Shown here: positions 60,452 through 64,000 of the stretch, piece by piece | Layout of the letters: every line of letters begins with the position of its first letter | How positions within the stretch are numbered: position 1 is the stretch's first letter | Source: Amoebidium appalachense | Taxonomy: Eukaryota > Protista > Ichthyosporea | Direction: 5' to 3' | NCBI GenBank assembly: GCA_963693365.1 | Contig: CAVNZM010000007.1 | Location: 10,661,962 to 10,725,961, forward strand | Length of the DNA: 64,000 bases | Translations under genes and position numbers: made by a program | The notes under the pieces: model-generated | The model's input: the letters and a program-made list of their open reading frames with translations, nothing else | What the model was told of the DNA's origin: nothing | Databases searched by the model: none

Positions 60452-61390
60452 ATGGAGGGAGCAGGAGGGAGCGAGGCAGTGGGAGCAGGGCTAGTGGTGT
60501 TCAGCCAGGCAGCAGACGCCCTGCACCTTAAAGGATACCTGACAAAGCGCGAGGCCGAAGCCTTAAAGGCAACATCCTCGGGCCTGGGCATGGCACTGGC
60601 CGTGGCTGCAATGAGCGCATCTAGTGGTGCCCTGCCATTGGCTGCCGCAGTTTTAGTGTTTTTAAAATCACTGTTTGATTTTATGGACGCTGTTGCACAT
60701 CCTGGGGTGGAGCATTTGGCCACGTTGGAAAAGAAACTTTTGTGGGTGGACCCATCAGAGGAATTATTGGAGTTTGCCCTTGCCGCATCTGTGAGCGAGT
60801 TACCGGGGTGGGAGTTGGTTGAGTTAGTACCTATGGTGTACCACGAGACGGGGTTACTGAAGGCGATTGGGTTGGGAACGAGTGTGAAGGCTGCACAGAA
60901 AAGAGAAATGTGCGGGTTTATGGACGAGATTGGGTGTTATCGACCCTTCTACATGCACCGCACAACAGACAAAACATACAACTTTGCCAATGGGTTCGAC
61001 CCTATGTTCAGCCAATCCGATGTGCCTATTCCAATGCTTGCGGTGATGAGAGATGAAAGAACAGTGTGTGTGCGCAGGGTGCGTGCCGACAGTTTGGACT
61101 GGGCGGCTGATCTCTCTGTGTGCGCAGACCATGCCATGCAGGAGCCTGAAAAGAGACGCAAGGGGTTGCTCTTGGAACGAGGTGCACGGCAGGACCAATG
61201 GAAGGGGGGCCCTGCTTTCCTTTTTTGGGCACCGCCAGTGTTCTACCGTGGGCCGGTGGTGAATGGTGTGCCCAGGCCAACAGGGCACCTTGTGGTGACT
61301 GTGCGTGATATGAAGGAGGTCGAGGATATTGGGGAGAGGAATCCGAACGATGTGCTGGTGGTGCTGTGTGGGCCAACATGTGTGGAGTAG
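60452..61390 (+). CDS. Intronless hypothetical protein of about 312 aa with a hydrophobic helical hairpin near the N-terminus
   Basis: Long repeat-free open frame with protein-like composition starting at ATG 60452; hydrophobic segment LGMALAVAAMSASSGALPLAAAVLVFLKSLF; no family recognised. Confidence 0.65.
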   Translation: MEGAGGSEAVGAGLVVFSQAADALHLKGYLTKREAEALKATSSGLGMALAVAAMSASSGALPLAAAVLVFLKSLFDFMDAVAHPGVEHLATLEKKLLWVDPSEELLEFALAASVSELPGWELVELVPMVYHETGLLKAIGLGTSVKAAQKREMCGFMDEIGCYRPFYMHRTTDKTYNFANGFDPMFSQSDVPIPMLAVMRDERTVCVRRVRADSLDWAADLSVCADHAMQEPEKRRKGLLLERGARQDQWKGGPAFLFWAPPVFYRGPVVNGVPRPTGHLVVTVRDMKEVEDIGERNPNDVLVVLCGPTCVE

Positions 61391-61429
61391 TTTATTACGC
61401 AGTTCCCTTCCCAAGTTCCTGTCTTTCTT

Positions 61430-61535
61430 GTTTACTGCGGTAAATTGTGTGATTTTGGCGCAGACTATAGTATCCTCTTTTCATCCTGTTTACTGCGGTA
61501 AATTGTGTGATTTTGGCGTAGACTATAGTATCCTC
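61430..61535 (+). repeat. Two copies of a ~47 bp direct repeat GTTTACTGCGGTAAATTGTGTGATTTTGGCG(C/T)AGACTATAGTATCCTC
   Basis: Directly visible at ~61430 and ~61488. Confidence 0.9.
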
Positions 61536-62100
61536 GTTTCAAATATGCTTTCTGCGCTTGGATAAGTGTAGGCGATGTGACTCTACTAATATAGGGAGAT
61601 GCCGGGGGGGGGGGGGGGGGGGGGGGATGAGGGGGAGAAGCTGGCTTTGCTTGTTTTTTTTCTTTTCTCAGTGTCTTCTTTTTTTTTTTTGGGGGGGGGG
61701 GGGGGGGTTCTTTTCTCAGTGTCTTCTTTTTTTTGGGGGGTGGGGGGTGTCGAACAGGATAGCCATCCGGTATGCCCTGCGTTAGCGTAGCACTAGTGAT
61801 CGGGAATATTCGAGATATTCGGGATAAACTGGTGGATAGGTTCACGATAGATCAGGATAGATCTAGAAGAGTCTAGAAGATTCTATTGGAGTGCTTTGAT
61901 TGGTAGCGACTAGATCCATAGCGGCGGGTAGACCAATCGGGAATAGTATGTAACATTCCAGTGAGCCAGACCACAAGTATATAAAGGTCCCGGCGGGCCA
62001 GTCAATGCAAGTCAGCAAATAATAAAGTCTCACAGAGAAACCTCTAAGTTACGGTTATGGGCCCAGTACAACGCTACGATCAAGCGACTGTTGAGACAAG

Positions 62101-63384
62101 ATGGGAAGAGCAAAATGTCCAGTTCCCATGTATGAAGGAGAAGGCAAGGGCAAAATCTCCTACTCAATGTGGGCCATGCGCATGAAGTGCTTCCTCGAGG
62201 GCGAGGAATTATGGTACACGATTGAAGACGTGGCTCCTGAAGTGATAGGAGGGGACGGCGAACCGGTGGAGCAACCTCCGGTGGAGATCGACCCCTTGGA
62301 TCAGAAGAAGGCGACTTCCTACCTGGTGGAGACACTAGGTGATGTACCTGCAAGCCTGTGTCGGCGAGCTATTGCCGTAGGAAATCCCAAGGACATATGG
62401 GATACGGTAGCATCATACGCTGCGCGCAACACAGATGAGCACAAGAGAATGTTGATTCAACAGTTCTGGCGTGCTGATATGATGCCGACGGAAAGCGTGC
62501 TGGAGTATGCGGCCCGCCTGGAGTGCATTGTGCAGGATCTTCTTCATATCGATCCCAATGGAGTTAGTGAGGACATGGTTGCCGAGAAATTCCTGGACGG
62601 TGTAGGCGCTGACGACCGATTCCGCACCGACGTTAGGACCATTCAAGCTTTACCAGCAGCTGAGAAGACAATGGAAAAGATAATCGCCAAGCTGCGTGGT
62701 TTTGAGGAGAACGAGGCTGCAAGGGAACAGCAGCGGGTGATGATGACCAGCACCCAATGGCGCGGCGGTACGCCACGACAGGACACCGGCAAGCCGCGCG
62801 TGACTGACATATCCAAGGTGGAGTGTTACAAATGTCACAAGTTTGGGCACTACAAGTCACAGTGTCCAAAGAAGAAGAAGGGCGGCAATCGCGGCGACAA
62901 GGCGAAGCAGAACGGAGCTTCCAAGGAGATACTCGCCATGGCGGTAAACAGCGGACTCCCTTCTTCAACTGAGTGGTATTGGGACTGCGGCGCAACCTCC
63001 CATGTCACATGCCGAAAGGACTGGATGGAAGACTTCCGGTCGATCACACCCAAACCCGTCGCTCTGGGTAACACCCCGGGTGTGATGGCGCTAGGAATAG
63101 GCGTCGTAAGATTAACAAGTGAGTTCCAGGGCAACAGCATGACATTTAGACTGCAGAATGTGCTGTACGTGCCAGCATTTGGAACTAACGTGATGTCGGC
63201 TTCAAGCGCCGGCAAGCACGGGTTAAGAGGCATCACCGACGGTCGACAGTGTACGATTGAGAGTGCCACAGATGGCCAAGTTGTGGCCCGTGGGGTAGTG
63301 GAGGGAGGCCTGTATCGTCTCCTAGTGAAACCCGTATGTGAGAGCGTGAACATGGTGACCACTGCAGTCGGCAGCAGTGTGTGA
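62101..63384 (+). CDS. Copia gag-protease ORF
   Basis: YSMWAMRMKCFL..ELW gag motif; CCHC knuckle CYKCHKFGHYKSQC; protease WYWDCGATSH; LQNVLYVP..NVMS; GGLYRL. Confidence 0.93.
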   Translation: MGRAKCPVPMYEGEGKGKISYSMWAMRMKCFLEGEELWYTIEDVAPEVIGGDGEPVEQPPVEIDPLDQKKATSYLVETLGDVPASLCRRAIAVGNPKDIWDTVASYAARNTDEHKRMLIQQFWRADMMPTESVLEYAARLECIVQDLLHIDPNGVSEDMVAEKFLDGVGADDRFRTDVRTIQALPAAEKTMEKIIAKLRGFEENEAAREQQRVMMTSTQWRGGTPRQDTGKPRVTDISKVECYKCHKFGHYKSQCPKKKKGGNRGDKAKQNGASKEILAMAVNSGLPSSTEWYWDCGATSHVTCRKDWMEDFRSITPKPVALGNTPGVMALGIGVVRLTSEFQGNSMTFRLQNVLYVPAFGTNVMSASSAGKHGLRGITDGRQCTIESATDGQVVARGVVEGGLYRLLVKPVCESVNMVTTAVGSSV

Positions 63385-64000
63385 GCCGGTAAAGGGCAGC
63401 GCCAGTTTATGGCACCGGCGGTTTGGTCATGTGGCAACAAACACGCTACAGAAAATGGCTAAAGAAAACATCGTCGAGGGTCTGTGCATCGACTGCAAAC
63501 CCCAGGATGACGGTGTGTGCGAGGGATGCGCGAGAGGGAAGCAAGCCCGGCTCTCTTTCAGTAAGCTACCCCGCAAGACAGCGCCAGCGAAGCTCGACAG
63601 AGTTCATTCTGATGTGGCAGGACCGTTCAACAAGGAGTCGCTGCAAGGTTCCAAGTATTATGTCACCTTCATCGACGACAAGACAAGGTTCACTACGGTG
63701 TACTTCATGAAACATAAATCCCAAGTGCATACTTACTTCAAGAAGTACAAGGCACACGTAGAGAAGCAACACGGTGCCAGCATCAAGATTCTGCGTTCCG
63801 ACAACGGGGGTGAGTACACCTCCACTGAGTTCAAGTCGTTCCTGGAAGCGTGCGGCATTGAACATGAGGCGACAGTCCCTTACACACCAGAGCAGAATGG
63901 TGTAGCAGAGAGGGCTAACAGGACCATTGTCGAGACGGCGCGCTGCATGCTGCAGTCAGCAGGCATGAGTATGGGGTTCTGGCAGCTGGCAGTACAGGCA
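63362..64000 (+). CDS. Copia integrase (pol continuation in the +1 frame; partial)
   Basis: LWHRRFGH..CEGC..GKQ zinc finger, then VHSDVAGP, YYVTFIDDKTRF, LRSDNGGEY and PYTPEQNGVAERANRTI (DDE triad). Confidence 0.92.
   Translation, partial: MQSAAVCEPVKGSASLWHRRFGHVATNTLQKMAKENIVEGLCIDCKPQDDGVCEGCARGKQARLSFSKLPRKTAPAKLDRVHSDVAGPFNKESLQGSKYYVTFIDDKTRFTTVYFMKHKSQVHTYFKKYKAHVEKQHGASIKILRSDNGGEYTSTEFKSFLEACGIEHEATVPYTPEQNGVAERANRTIVETARCMLQSAGMSMGFWQLAVQA

Larger units (their letters stand above)
61748..64000 (+). mobile_element. Ty1/copia LTR retrotransposon (5' LTR, PBS, gag-protease-integrase), truncated by the window end
   Basis: Putative LTR ~61748-62052 (left boundary inferred from TGTCG) with TATA at ~61979; PBS GGTTATGGGCCCAG at 62053-62066; copia domain order gag-PR-IN. 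Confidence 0.93.

Overview
Intron-rich eukaryotic DNA whose introns are full of poly-C/poly-G and (CA)n/(GT)n tracts. An LRSAM1 orthologue hints at a holozoan protist, but this is only inference. Nearly all ORFs in the supplied track are microsatellite artefacts, so the gene models were rebuilt by hand from GT-AG exons. In order: LRSAM1-like LRR-SAM-RING E3 ligase (+); PRA1-family gene (-); a repeat-poor ~3 kb block carrying a dispersed CCC-N-TGGG motif; a tandem array of a miniature LTR retroelement (TRIM; 5 LTRs, 4 internal regions) primed by half-tRNAiMet; a SelO AMPylase pseudokinase (-, Cys form); a large NB-ARC/STAND NTPase gene (-); a membrane-anchored Cys-repeat PL14 polysaccharide lyase (+); MECR (-); an intronless orphan ORF (+); and the 5' part of a Ty1/copia element with the same primer-binding site and promoter layout as the TRIM. 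The top candidate for novelty is that the last exons of the NB-ARC gene can be spliced in frame into the putative SelO N-terminus, giving an NLR-like STAND NTPase fused or tightly coupled to a SelO AMPylase.
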